Source: Phoronis australis (taxonomy: Eukaryota > Animalia > Phoronida). From it: DNA of 64,000 nt. Location of the stretch: contig NMRA01000001.1 of NCBI GenBank assembly GCA_002633005.1, positions 2,897,695 through 2,961,694 of the forward strand, read 5' to 3'. How positions within the stretch are numbered: position 1 is the first letter of the stretch; each line of letters starts with the position of its first letter. The position numbers and the translations under genes were made by a program. Below are positions 1 to 12,650 of the stretch, piece by piece. The notes under the pieces are model-generated. The model worked only from the letters and a program-made list of their open reading frames with translations, searched no databases and was not told the DNA's origin.

Positions 1-2578
1 GTCGAAAAGCACATTTTGGGGGTTAATTTGGGTAGGTTAACTCCTTGAAGTTATTAGCTTCGACGAGAACTATAAAATAATAAAATGTGCTTTGTTTTTG
101 CTAATCTATTACAAATCGCTGATTCTTCACAAAGGTTTCCAGTCAAAGTTAACAGAAATCCCGAGGTGGCGACCTTATAAGCAATTCTGTTGCTGGGCGC
201 TGTGTGGCACTGACCAAAACTGGCATAAAAAGCCCAGGCATAATCTCTCATGTGTATAAAAGACAATTTAGAAGCAGAGTCGAAGCGCATTGGAGGACTT
301 ACCTCTCTAGAATAAATATTTGGGAACAAAATCGTGAGCTAAATTACTGTACGAGATGAGTTAAGCATTTCCAGAAATGTCTTCCGAGCTTGCTTGTTTG
401 AACTCGTCATCTCTCGTCTTCCAGGAATGCCTTGACATTCATGCTTAGTTTTAATTGGTCATTTTTAAGTGTAAACCTAAAACTGTTTCAGACAGCTCGT
501 TATATTTCCAATGCTCGTTTAATCGGTTGAATTCCTCGCTGCGACTCATTTTTTTCGACTGATCGGTGTTTTTAACAAGGTTGATTTCTTAAATGACCAA
601 TACGTTTGAGAACCCGATAACCCTATAACTATAACTGCAATCTACGTTCTTTTTGGGGTGGGAGGGGGGGGGGTGTTGACTATTGACTATTACCGGAGTA
701 CTGTGTTTTTGCATTCTAAATTTACATGGCAGGCAAAGTGAGCTTGCCAGTTAGGTTGTACCGGAAGATCAGGTTATTCTGCAGCCGACATCGAGGGTCA
801 TTGGTTCGCAAATTTTCGGGAAAACAAAAGTAAACGAAAGACACATTCACGTAAGAAAAGCGAAGGTATTTTTAAGGAAAAGCTAAGAGCAGCTTTTGAA
901 GCGTTGTCTGTTAGTAATGGCGTCACACGAATTCTATTCAAATTTGCTCAGTTTATGCACACTTCATTTAGGTCGATTACGTAATTACAGGTAAGGGACC
1001 CACCCAAATTAGGGCTTAATGTTCAACGATGGGTGACGATGGCGACCGGGGGAGGACGTGAACATTGTGGCGTTCGGGGTCAAGGTGGAAAAATTGTGAT
1101 AACCGAAGACACTTGAGTTACTGGGGATCAGCGTCCCGACAAACTAACGACACTGTCCAATACTCGTATATATGTACTGTTGTACATTTATCAAAACTAT
1201 CTTAACTCTCTTGTAAGTGTCTTAATCACTGTAGGCACACTCGACAGCACAAACATGCGCAAGAGACTGAAAACACGGGCAGTTTATGACCAAAATTACC
1301 CTATTCAGCGCCCGCTGCGATTTTAAAATATAGCCAATTACAGTGTCAGCTGTCAACAGACGATCTTCAGTCGCTGTTTGAAAAGAAAATGACGAGTAAA
1401 ATAATACACATACGTTACACTACACAAAAGGTGTAAGGCACATTAGTGCATTCATCGCAGTGAATGGATTTCTGTTTAATTGACCTGCCTGGTAGTTGTT
1501 GTCTAATGAGTTAATATGGAGAAATAGAGTACTTATCAGTAATCAGCCTCGTCGAATTTGCTTGGCTTTCATTGAATGATCCTGGATTGGCAAAGCACAG
1601 GGGTATTTAATTAATGAAGAATTTATGAAATGTAAATTTGGAATTGTCTATTTGAAATACGCTTTCCTTCGTAAAACACTTGAAGTCTTCAATGAAACTA
1701 TTTGCGTTATTGTACTGTCTTTGCAAAATGCTATTGCAAATTCAGACCGTATCTTTGAAATAGGAATTTTCTGGGCTTAAAGATTTTCTACCCTATTTAA
1801 AGTTACTCTCTCCGCTCCATTTTTGATAAAAACTTCGGAATTTATTTCAATTGAAACTCAAGCCCAAATAATACTCATTGAACACAACTCCAAATATTTT
1901 CAAAATTAATCGAATCTAATAGTACGAATTTTGTTGTTTAATTTTGAGTTTTAGTGGTGCACCAGTACCTAAAATGGCCGTCGTAGTGAGTGACAGCTGA
2001 CTCATGCAACTGCTGCCATATGGAATTAGGTTTCCGCGGAAACGCAGCCCACTTGTTATTTTCTGTTAAATAATAGCAAATTAAGGCAAACACAAACAGG
2101 ACTGAAAGTTACGAAGTATTCATATTTTAACGATGTCTTCGACAGGCTAAACTAATCGTGTGTTCCAAGTTCATGAAAGTCGGTAAGAAGTCGGTAAAAA
2201 GTCTAGAAGATGCGTATTGATATAGTCTAACAATTACTCTATTGGAAGACAGAAGTGTCTGTTCCAAAAGAGGTCCGGCCTTTTTTGGTCTAAATTCCAT
2301 TTTCATGTGTCTTAACGTGATTGTATGAAATTTTCATGGTTTAGAAAAGTTCTAAAATAGGCGTAAAATCAAAACCAAATATTTACTTTTTTCTCTGATT
2401 GAAAAAAGTTGAAAATTTGGCGATTTTTGTGGAACACGCCCTAAATCTCAATGAATTCACACTTTATGCGCTCGCAAAATTATCCATCCCAATTGAAACA
2501 CGTAAATATGTTACCCGCCAATAACCGTTTAAGACAAACACCATAGGCAAATAACAGTATTATAATATATTATTTCAG

Positions 2579-5500
2579 TGTTGTCACCAACTCCTCTCGG
2601 CCACCAAGACAGTGGACAGTTCCCGGATGAGAAAGACTCACAAGTTCGCATTTACAAAGCTGTGTGTCAGCGATTGTCAGTAGTCCCCGTGGAACATTTC
2701 ATGAAGCAAGTCAATACAAAGGAAGTGTCTCTGAATTACCACCAACTGAGTGCTCAGGGAACGAAGCCAATAGCCATCATTTTAGTAGTGAGCATTTGCA
2801 ATCACGTAATTCAACCAATGAACTTCCGTAAAATTGGCATTTGTCTTTTTAAAAAGACCTTAACGGGGTAGAGTTCAGTAACGCTAGGACCTACGCTAGA
2901 ACCTCGCTAAAATCTAACTTAAATCACGTGTTCTCATTCAAAGTACACAGCAATATCATGGGCGGAGCACTGAAAAAAGTGAGGGTATAGCCCCCCGCCA
3001 TTCCCCTGTGTTGCGCCGCCCATGAATATCTCACGTAATCTCGCGAAATTTTGCTTGTTAGCGAGGTCCTGGCGTTACTGAACTCTACCCATGTATTACT
3101 TAGCTACACACTGAAGCGGCTATAAACCTGTGTCCCATCAAAGAAACCCACTTTTGATTAAAAGTACTTTTAAAAAGTTATAAAATCAGATTTGATATGC
3201 TCTTTACCCAGATGAGAAGTGGATTCCGAGCTTGGAAGCAACTGACTTTTCATCCCATAAAATAACCCGCCGTGATAAGTTAAATTCTGGAGCCTAGTCC
3301 CAAGCAATAATGAACTGCACTATCTTTCCAAGCCCAGAAATCACCTCTATTTTATTGAGTAACGACTTGAGAACATTTTCATAACGGTAAGTGGTCTAAA
3401 TCAAAGGTCATTTTGTTATGACCCATGATGACGACAATGACGAGCACAGTCCCTATGATGACGAGAATCATTTACAATATGACAGTATGTTAAACAGACA
3501 TATGAACCAGTTGAGTTATATTCAGAGGGAATCTGTGTTCAGAAGCCTGTTTCACAAAAGAGACCTTTGTCTTAAGACAGAAATTTGATCTTACGCTCCA
3601 CATAACTGTTTCTGAAAAGATAACCAAATCTCACTTTAGCGAAAGAATAATGAATCTGAGGATATGTCCATAACTGTTGTTCACTGAGAAAATTTGTGCT
3701 AATGATTTCCAGTAAATGATGTGATAATATTTATATGACTAAACCTTTATTTGGTAATTGTCAAGGGGGTGGGTATGCCTGAGCCCAGCGTAAAAATGGG
3801 GGGCTCGAATTTTTGAGAATGGGGACCTTTTACTGAAAAAAAAAACTAAAAAAGAACGGGATACGTTCAGAGCTATGAATTGTGCATTCATTGAGTTTTG
3901 TTGGTTCTTGTCTTTTTAGTGGACTTTTATCTCGTTTTCTACTTTTTCGGACTTTTTGTTTCTCTGAGACGGACCTTTTTGCCCACTTTGCCAAATGGGG
4001 AAGGGCTCGTTCGAGCCCCCCGAGCCCCCCACTGGGTGTGCGCATGAGGGGGTGGGGGCGTAAGTCCAAATTTCACCTTACATGAAACAGACCCTAGATC
4101 ACAAAACTCAAGAGGCGATATTCCAGTTTTATCAAAGCGCCGAAGAAGGTCATTTTATTTTGATTTAAGCTCAGATTCCAATTTCTAAGCTACTCAAATA
4201 AAGCCGCAATGTCTTGGTACATGCTTTATGACGTGCCCGTGTAAAAGAAATTGCCTGCGTGATGTGTATAATTCGTTGAAATAATTTCTAAACATAAATG
4301 GTTGAAACGGTATTTAAGGTCAAGTTGTTACGCAAACTCGAAGTATTTCACTCTAGTTAATTTCAACACCAAGTTATTTGGAGTGTTTATACAGAGAGCC
4401 GTTGGAAACACTTAAGTATTATAGAAATCGCTTACAAGCAAAATTGGAATTGGTACTTGAAAAACGATGGTTTGCAACTTGAATTACATTGACCGCCGGC
4501 GGTAATGAATAGTGAAGTTCTTTCAATTCCTTACCTCTGTACATGCACGTATGTCATCAGCGACAAGTAAAGTTAACGCCCAACCTATTTTCAAGAAATT
4601 CATTTATATTTTTTCTGAACAAAGTCCAACAAATCGTAGCAATTTTCTGAGTTTTTTTATTTAGTTTCTCTAAAATGACATTCTAGCTCCTGAAACTTGT
4701 GCACAAAACGTGAACGTATAAAGGAAACCGTTAACCCTCTCGGTTTCCAAGTTTTTGGTGCAGTTATATTTTGTTACTAATTCATCGTTTGTCTCAAAAA
4801 TGGTTCCTAATGTCCAAGAGAATACATTCTTAAGTCACAAGGGATGGAAAACGTATTTCATTGTTTTCCACTCCTGTACACAGTATTAATCCTGTTAACA
4901 AAACTGTGGAAGCGTTCTTAATGAATGAAGAGCAAGCAATATCCTTGCATGGTGATAAAATAACCCGTCCACTTTTGATCAAAAGTATGGTTTGTTGTTC
5001 CTAGGGTACTGTGTTTATCAACAATCCTGAAGACGGAGCGTGAACGCTATGATTAATCCGTTATATAACTGTCTAGGGCTTTGCCGTTCTAAAGGACACA
5101 ACTTTCAAAGGAATATNNNNNNNNNNNNNNNNNNNNNNNNNNNNNNNNNNNNNNNNNNNNNNNNNNNNNNNNNNNNNNNNNNNNNNNNNNNNNNNNNNNN
5201 NNNNNNNNNNNNNNNNNNNNNNNNNNNNNNNNNNNNNNNNNNNNNNNNNNNNNNNNNNNNNNNNNNNNNNNNNNNNNNNNNNNNNNNNNNNNNNNNNNNN
5301 NNNNNNNNNNNNNNNNNNNNNNNNNNNNNNNNNNNNNNNNNNNNNNNNNNNNNNNNNNNNNNNNNNNNNNNNNNNNNNNNNNNNNNNNNNNNNNNNNNNN
5401 NNNNNNNNNNNNNNNNNNNNNNNNNNNNNNNNNNNNNNNNNNNNNNNNNNNNNNNNNNNNNNNNNNNNNNNNNNNNNNNNNNNNNNNNNNNNNNNNNNNN

Positions 5501-8500
5501 NNNNNNNNNNNNNNNNNNNNNNNNNNNNNNNNNNNNNNNNNNNNNNNNNNNNNNNNNNNNNNNNNNNNNNNNNNNNNNNNNNNNNNNNNNNNNNNNNNNN
5601 NNNNNNNNNNNNNNNNNNNNNNNNNNNNNNNNNNNNNNNNNNNNNNNNNNNNNNNNNNNNNNNNNNNNNNNNNNNNNNNNNNNNNNNNNNNNNNNNNNNN
5701 NNNNNNNNNNNNNNNNNNNNNNNNNNNNNNNNNNNNNNNNNNNNNNNNNNNNNNNNNNNNNNNNNNNNNNNNNNNNNNNNNNNNNNNNNNNNNNNNNNNN
5801 NNNNNNNCATGCTTTATGACGGTGCCCGTGTAAAAGAAATTGCCTGCGTGATGTGTATAATTCGTTGAAATAATTTCTAAACATAATTGGTTGAAACGGT
5901 ATTTAAGGTCAAGTTGTTACGCAAACTCGAAGTATTTCACTCTAGCTAATTTCAACACCAAGTTATTTGGAGTGTTTATACAGAGAGCCGTTGAAAACAC
6001 TTAAGTATTACAGAAATCGCTTACAAGCAAAATTGGAATTGGTACTTGAAAAACGATGGTTTGCAACTTGAATTACCTTGACCGCCGGCGGTAATGAATA
6101 ATGAAGTTCTTTCAATTCCTTACCTCTGTACATGCACGTATGTCATCAGAGACAAGTAAAGCTAAAGCCCAACCTATTTTCAAGAAATTCATTTATATTT
6201 TTTCTGAGTCCAACAAATCGTAGCAATTTTCTGAGTTTTATATTTAGTTTCTCTAAAATGACATTCTAGCTCCTGGAACTTGTGCACAAAACGTGAACGT
6301 GTAAAGGAAACCGATAACCCTATCGGTTTCCAAGTAATTGGTGCAATTATATTTTGTTACTAATTCATCGTTTGTCTCAAAAATGGTTCCTAATGTCCAA
6401 GAGAATACATTCTTAAGTCACAAGGGATGGAAAACGTATTTCATTGTTTTCCACTCCTGTACACAGTATTAATCCAGTTAACAAAACTGTGGAAGCGTTC
6501 TTAATGATTGAAGAGCAAGCAATATCCTTGCATGGTGATAAAATAACCCGTCCACTTTTGATCAAAAGTATGGTTTGGAGTTCCTAGGGTACTGTGTTTA
6601 TCAACAATCCTGAAGACGGAGCGTGAACGCTATGATTAATCCGTTATATAACTGTCTAGGGCTTTGCCGTTCTAAAGGACACAACTTTCAAAGGAATATT
6701 GGTAAGAGGACGGAAATTGTAGATGATTGTGGAAAATTGAGCAACTGTGTGCCCTACTGTGTTCAGCAGGTCAACTACAACTAATGTATGAAATGCTTAA
6801 TCATTGTTCTTGCTGTATCGAAGGATAACGTGACGGTGACGTCACTAAGCTTAACCGGATGTGGTATTGGGGACGACGGCGCTGATTATATACTGGACAT
6901 GCTACAAGAAAATCGTTACATCACGTGCTTGGTAAGAAGGAACGAAATTGTTCAAGAAAATTGTCAACTTTGCGACCTCGATACCTCTTTTATGAACAAT
7001 AGCCGTTTGGCAGCCTGTAGCGCCATCTATGTAAAGTATATGATGTATTTTTGTGTAAGGAAATGAAACAAAAATGTGTTTCTAATGGTCCACATTAACA
7101 AAATTTACTTTTTAACACCTAATGTTGCAAAACGTCTAATTCGTTCAAATACTGTATAAAGGGGCTTTCACTATTCTTCTGTCATGCTTCCTCGCTCAGA
7201 CAATGAAGATCAATTGTAATGGATAATGGCCAAGACACCCCTTTCTTACAGCAGAAAATTTTACAATTATGGAGTAATTTTTAAGTATCAATTTAATTGA
7301 TACTTACGTGCTATCAGCCTGAACATTTGCTGGCTATTTACGTATGTTTTATGTTATTTTGAAGAGTGACTTTATTTTTTTGCAGTCGATTGGACAGAAC
7401 AATCTAGGAACGGCGAGTGCAGTTAAGCTTCATGACGTTCTTCGTAACAATAAAATGATTGTGAGCCTGGATGTATCGAATAACAATTTTAAGGACACGG
7501 ATGGGACATTCTTTGCTAAGTTAATAGAAGTGAGTATCGCTGGGAAGTACCTCTAAAGTGTCTACGAAACTGCGTGAAAATTTCAAAAGATATGTTATGT
7601 ACGAAAAACAATACGTAAATTATAAATCCAAAATTCTGAAAGTGCCTGAAACATTTTGCGACGTGCGTAGGGACCTGTGCTCGGTTGCATGAAACAGTCC
7701 CAAATAGGGACTCATCTAAATTCCCTAAGCCTACTGCGTATTTTTCGGCTTATTTAAACACTGATTGTCCTTTTTAATGCTGTTTTAATCTCACAACTAA
7801 GTCAATTTGAGACTTTGATATATATAAAACGTGAAGTCTGCGTTGAATTCTCAATTTTATTGAAATTAAGTAGGGATCTTTTCATGCAACGCCCCTAATT
7901 TAAGGACTAAGACCCTAATTATTTTGAATTAATTAAGGGCTCAGTTTTCAGTTACATCATTAGAAAATATCATTAGTCAAAGAGGAGCTCATAATAAAGA
8001 TAAAATGCTCTGTGAGTAAAGAACGAAACACATACGCAAACGATTTAGGGCACTGGCCCCTGAAAGATTTCAGCGCAAAGTCTGCTTTCCAACGAGGCAA
8101 GGTTCACGAAATGTCCAAATTTGTCTGACTTCGGAAGAACATATCTCCAAAATGGCCAATCGGATTCATATGAACTCTTTCAGATACTATGCTTTGATAC
8201 ACAGCAGTTAATTTCAAAATTTCCCACTTTTGCATGAGGAGCTATAAAAACAGGAGTTTTGTATTTTTTATAAAAAATCAAATTGTATAAATGGAAATTA
8301 AATGATAATTTAGAAAACTGCGTTTTGAGATTTCATCTAATGCCAGATGGAATTTGGTCATCACCGTTTTTGATACCGTTGATTTGCTAGGAATGCATGT
8401 TTTACTAAATTTTACTAAAAATACAAGGTCAGGTGACCAAACTAATAACATCTTGATATTAAATCAAATTTTGCGGGCTTTTTTCTTTCAGAAAATATAT

Positions 8501-11500
8501 ACTTTTACTCAGTTAAGGCCTATGGTTTTGTGGATAATTAGTTGAATACACTGATTTATCGAGTGTTCCACGTCACCTAAAGCATTTTTAGGAATACTGA
8601 CCACTGTCAGATATCCCATACAAGTTTCTTATAGGTTTGGGTAACCTAAGTTCGTATCGGCCCCCTGTTGCACATTTCAATGTGCAATGACCCTCACGTG
8701 CCAAACATTTAATTCTAAATACTTTCCTCAACAGCACAATGAAGTTATACGCGAGCTGAACCTGAGTCACAACTCCTTCGGCGAACTGACTGGAAAAGTT
8801 CTCGTCGACGCCTTCGGTAAGGTGCACCTTGGATAAGATGGCACACAGCACTACGTGTACTGCTATTGTGCACGGGAATTTTTCCATCCTCTCGTATGAA
8901 TTTGTGACCAGCCTGTTGGCACTGATTTCCAGTGTTACATTAAACATTCCATTCAGTTAACAAAACGTAGGTATTGAGTCATCCAGGAATTTCAAAACAT
9001 TGATTGTAAGACCTATCTGCTGGTCTGATTATTTATCTACATTCTCCATGATAGCAAGTAGCAGCATATATTAAAGAAAACAACAATGATTTTAAGTCGA
9101 CTTGACATGAGTCGGAACATGTCAAGTCGATTTATCTACATTCCTAGCACCTCGGAGACCGACGTCTCGTTTCCTTCGATGGGTCGATGTAAAATCCTAG
9201 AAGCGGAACTCTGATCACGTGGGAACTTGTTTGATGCTGAGCACAGTTTGTATCTAGCGGATCCACCTGTTTTTAAGGGAACATCTTAAGGGTTGAATGA
9301 AAATAACCTGCCGTACTCTTTTATCAAACCAGTTCTTTTCTATTGAAGATCTCGACGTTTTCGTTGCCAAACTCATGTTCCGAGTAACGCAAGTGGTTGT
9401 ACACAGCAGATGAAATACCTTCCCCAACAGCTATGCTGGTGCATGCGTTTCCTGAGGGTTGTTCAGTGTCATCCACATAACATTGAGACAAATCTCAGTG
9501 CGCTCTAAATACAAACGGGAGAGAGATAGCATTAGTGTTATAGTTTATGACATTCATTGTGAGGGAGAACGATGTAACTGGTATTATGTGGGTGAGACTG
9601 AACAACCCGCCAGGAAACGCATGTACCCACATAGAAAAGCAGCTGTGGAAGGTGTTTCATCTGCTGTGTTCAACCAATTGATTTCACTCGAGACATGATT
9701 CTGACAATGAGGGAGACGAAAGGTCTCTGAGGTCCTATCCATATAGGTAAATATTCAGTGCAGCAGACAGGACTTAATTATTTTATATATATCAAATAAA
9801 AACAGGAAAATCAGGAACCCCAACTGGGAATCGAACCACAGGTATGACTTAACAGTTGGCTGTAAACAGTAATTGCACAGATATCGGGTCCTCAGTAGCT
9901 CAGTGGTGAGGCCACTAGACCGGCAATCTAGAGAACAGTTGGAGTTCCTGATTTTTCTGTGTTTATTTGATATATTTCATTACTGGCCAACCTCAGCGTC
10001 TATATATTTATTTTATATATATTATTCCATTCTGTTGAAGAAGAAACGATGATACAGACGAAACGATTTTCCAGCAATCAACTGTGCCTGCTTCCACTTC
10101 GTCACATTTAGGCGTATGTCTACGGGCAAATTCATCATTCTACAAATCTGATCACACGTTCACCACCGGAAACAATGCAGCACTGAAGCAGAAAAGTTTA
10201 AATGCTTTCTGATACATAACGCAACTTGAGAGGTCACTACTGTCTTTCCGTACACAGGTACTAACGTATGTGCCGATACGCAGTCTACCTGCGAGATTTT
10301 TTTTTTCTGTGACTTTGTTTTGACTACTTATTGCAGATAAAAATTCGACCTTACGGAGACTGGACCTCAGCTGGAATCATTTTAGAAAAAAGGGGGCGAT
10401 TGATCTCATCCATGGCTTAAAAGTAAGTCTACGCTATTGTGTTCTTTTTGTTCGAAATAAGTGAAAGATCAGATTTAGCAGATGAATGTACTGGGCAGTG
10501 TATATGAAAATTTTGCACGCCCTTGTGAGGTGACTTTAATTAGGAAGTTTCCAACACAAACCTCGCCAACAACAGTTTAAAGAATATAACGACTCTCAAC
10601 AATCGCAAAGGCCAATGAAACAAGAACAGTTCCTAAATTATTGAGTCCTGTTTGTATTTGGATTTTTGTTACCAATTTTTTGTTCACAAACAGTTCAGTA
10701 TCATTCAACTGTGGCGGCCATTTTGTTTGGAGAGCTTTGAACTAAACATTTTATATAAACTTACATTCATTTTGAAAACAGAATTGATTTAACGTTGAAA
10801 AATAGTCCTTTGAAACTCTATATTGAATGAGCTGGTTTACTTCAAAAGGCGTTTCATGTTGTTTTTTAAATGAAATTGTATGAGGATCGCTGGGTGTGGA
10901 GCTCCAAGAACGTGAAAATGCGATGACCAACTTAAGTCCTGAAGGCAGTCAGTTTCAAACAACCGTCATTGTCGGAGGTAACTGAAATCTCACAAACTAA
11001 CACGTCTTTTCCTTTTTCATAGACCAATATCGGTCTGACCTACATCAACATGGCATGGAATGGTCTCTCAGTCGAAGGATGTAAGGCTATGGGGGAGGTA
11101 TTGGTACAGAATTCTAGTATTACAGACTTAGATCTGACAGCCAACAGGGTCAATTTAGTGGGCTTCCGCTACCTAACGCTTGGCATCCTACAGAACTCTA
11201 CATTACGTAGTTTGAAGGCAAGTGATTTCTATGGCTTTCCTGCTATAATGGAAACCGCCCTGTCATACAATGTGCACATGACATTGACTTCAATGGTTCC
11301 ACCTGATCAACCGGCTAAGACATCTGATTAGTTCTCAGTAACGACTTCCGGTTTACACACCAATCAGATCAGTGTCTTAGCCGCATGAACCGGCGAAGAC
11401 AATTAAGTGCAGCCACCATCGCTGTCTGTACTCGAAACCAAACTCGAACTTATTTTTGACATTGTTGAAACCATTTTTTACATTTTGCATTCTACTCTTT

Positions 11501-12586
11501 TGCGAATTCAGGCAATTTCCTAGTATTGCCTAGAATTAAGAAAAACAAGTTCCATGTATGAACTTAAAATTTCGAGATTTCACAGTAAATCTCGAGTCTT
11601 CACTCGAGTTTGTAGTTCAAATCCTCAGTTGAGGTCACCAAGTACGAACTTGGACTGAAGTTCATCTCCGGAAACCCTAATATACTCGAGCGCAGAATAA
11701 TGGACAGTCGATCTTGAGTAGAAATGGAATGTCATAAATAGTTTCGAGTTCGATTTAAAGTATGCATAAAATATAACACTCAAAGCCAAGTGTATTTTCA
11801 ACATATGTGATTGCAACACGATCATGAAATATAAACTACTTTTTTACATATATAATTAATGGCATTGATAAACAAGTCCAAAAACACAAACAATTTTCCC
11901 ATTTCCCAGAAAAACTGTCGCACCTAAATGTTTATACGCAATTAATTTTTCAGCATTCTAATACTCATGAGCATATGTAACAAACTTGTGAATTATGTGC
12001 ATTTTGTGACATATTTCCTTGTAAATGTTCCGTTTGGCTAGTAGTAGCAAAATGTTAAATAGAGAATCATGCGTCTCATGAAGTCCAAAAATAACACGTT
12101 TGTAAGAAAACAAAATTAACATGGAATATTTCAACTTCAGTAACAAGAGCTTTCATAGCTTTCACGTTATTGTACATATACGCACAGCTAGAGCTACATG
12201 TATATTTGAATCCTGCAGATTGGAAATAACCCAATTACCTCGGAAGGAGCGACAGAAATTCTAAGGGCGATTGGAATGTCGGAGGATTCCGCAGTGGAAG
12301 AACTGGACTTAACTGTAAGTTACAAAACAGCACACGAGCTCGCAGCGTCTCACCTCTGTTGCGTTACAAAAATAAATCATTAAGGCTAACGCTGACGGAG
12401 AGCTACGCACCTCGAATGCAAATCAGCTCACAACTCAAGCTTGCTGCAAAATGAACCACGAGGATTTTGCTTCGCAAGGCGGTGAGCCGAATGTCTCACT
12501 GGTAAACGTTTAGCCCATTACTAATATAAGAAAATGAATTATTACAACACCTGACAACAACAAATCTCCCCCTCCCTCTCCACCCC

Positions 12587-12650
<64 letters not shown>

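Noticed and set aside
5040-5884. Three long ORFs of 245-259 aa
   Set aside because: They consist of X codons across the N gap.
4220-6699. Apparent LTR-like direct repeats around the gap
   Set aside because: Repeats abut the gap exactly, lack TG...CA ends and differ by allele-level SNPs; best explained as haplotype overlap.
9885-9960. Possible tRNA gene
   Set aside because: Only the 5' half is tRNA-like; no T-arm/B-box downstream on the same strand.
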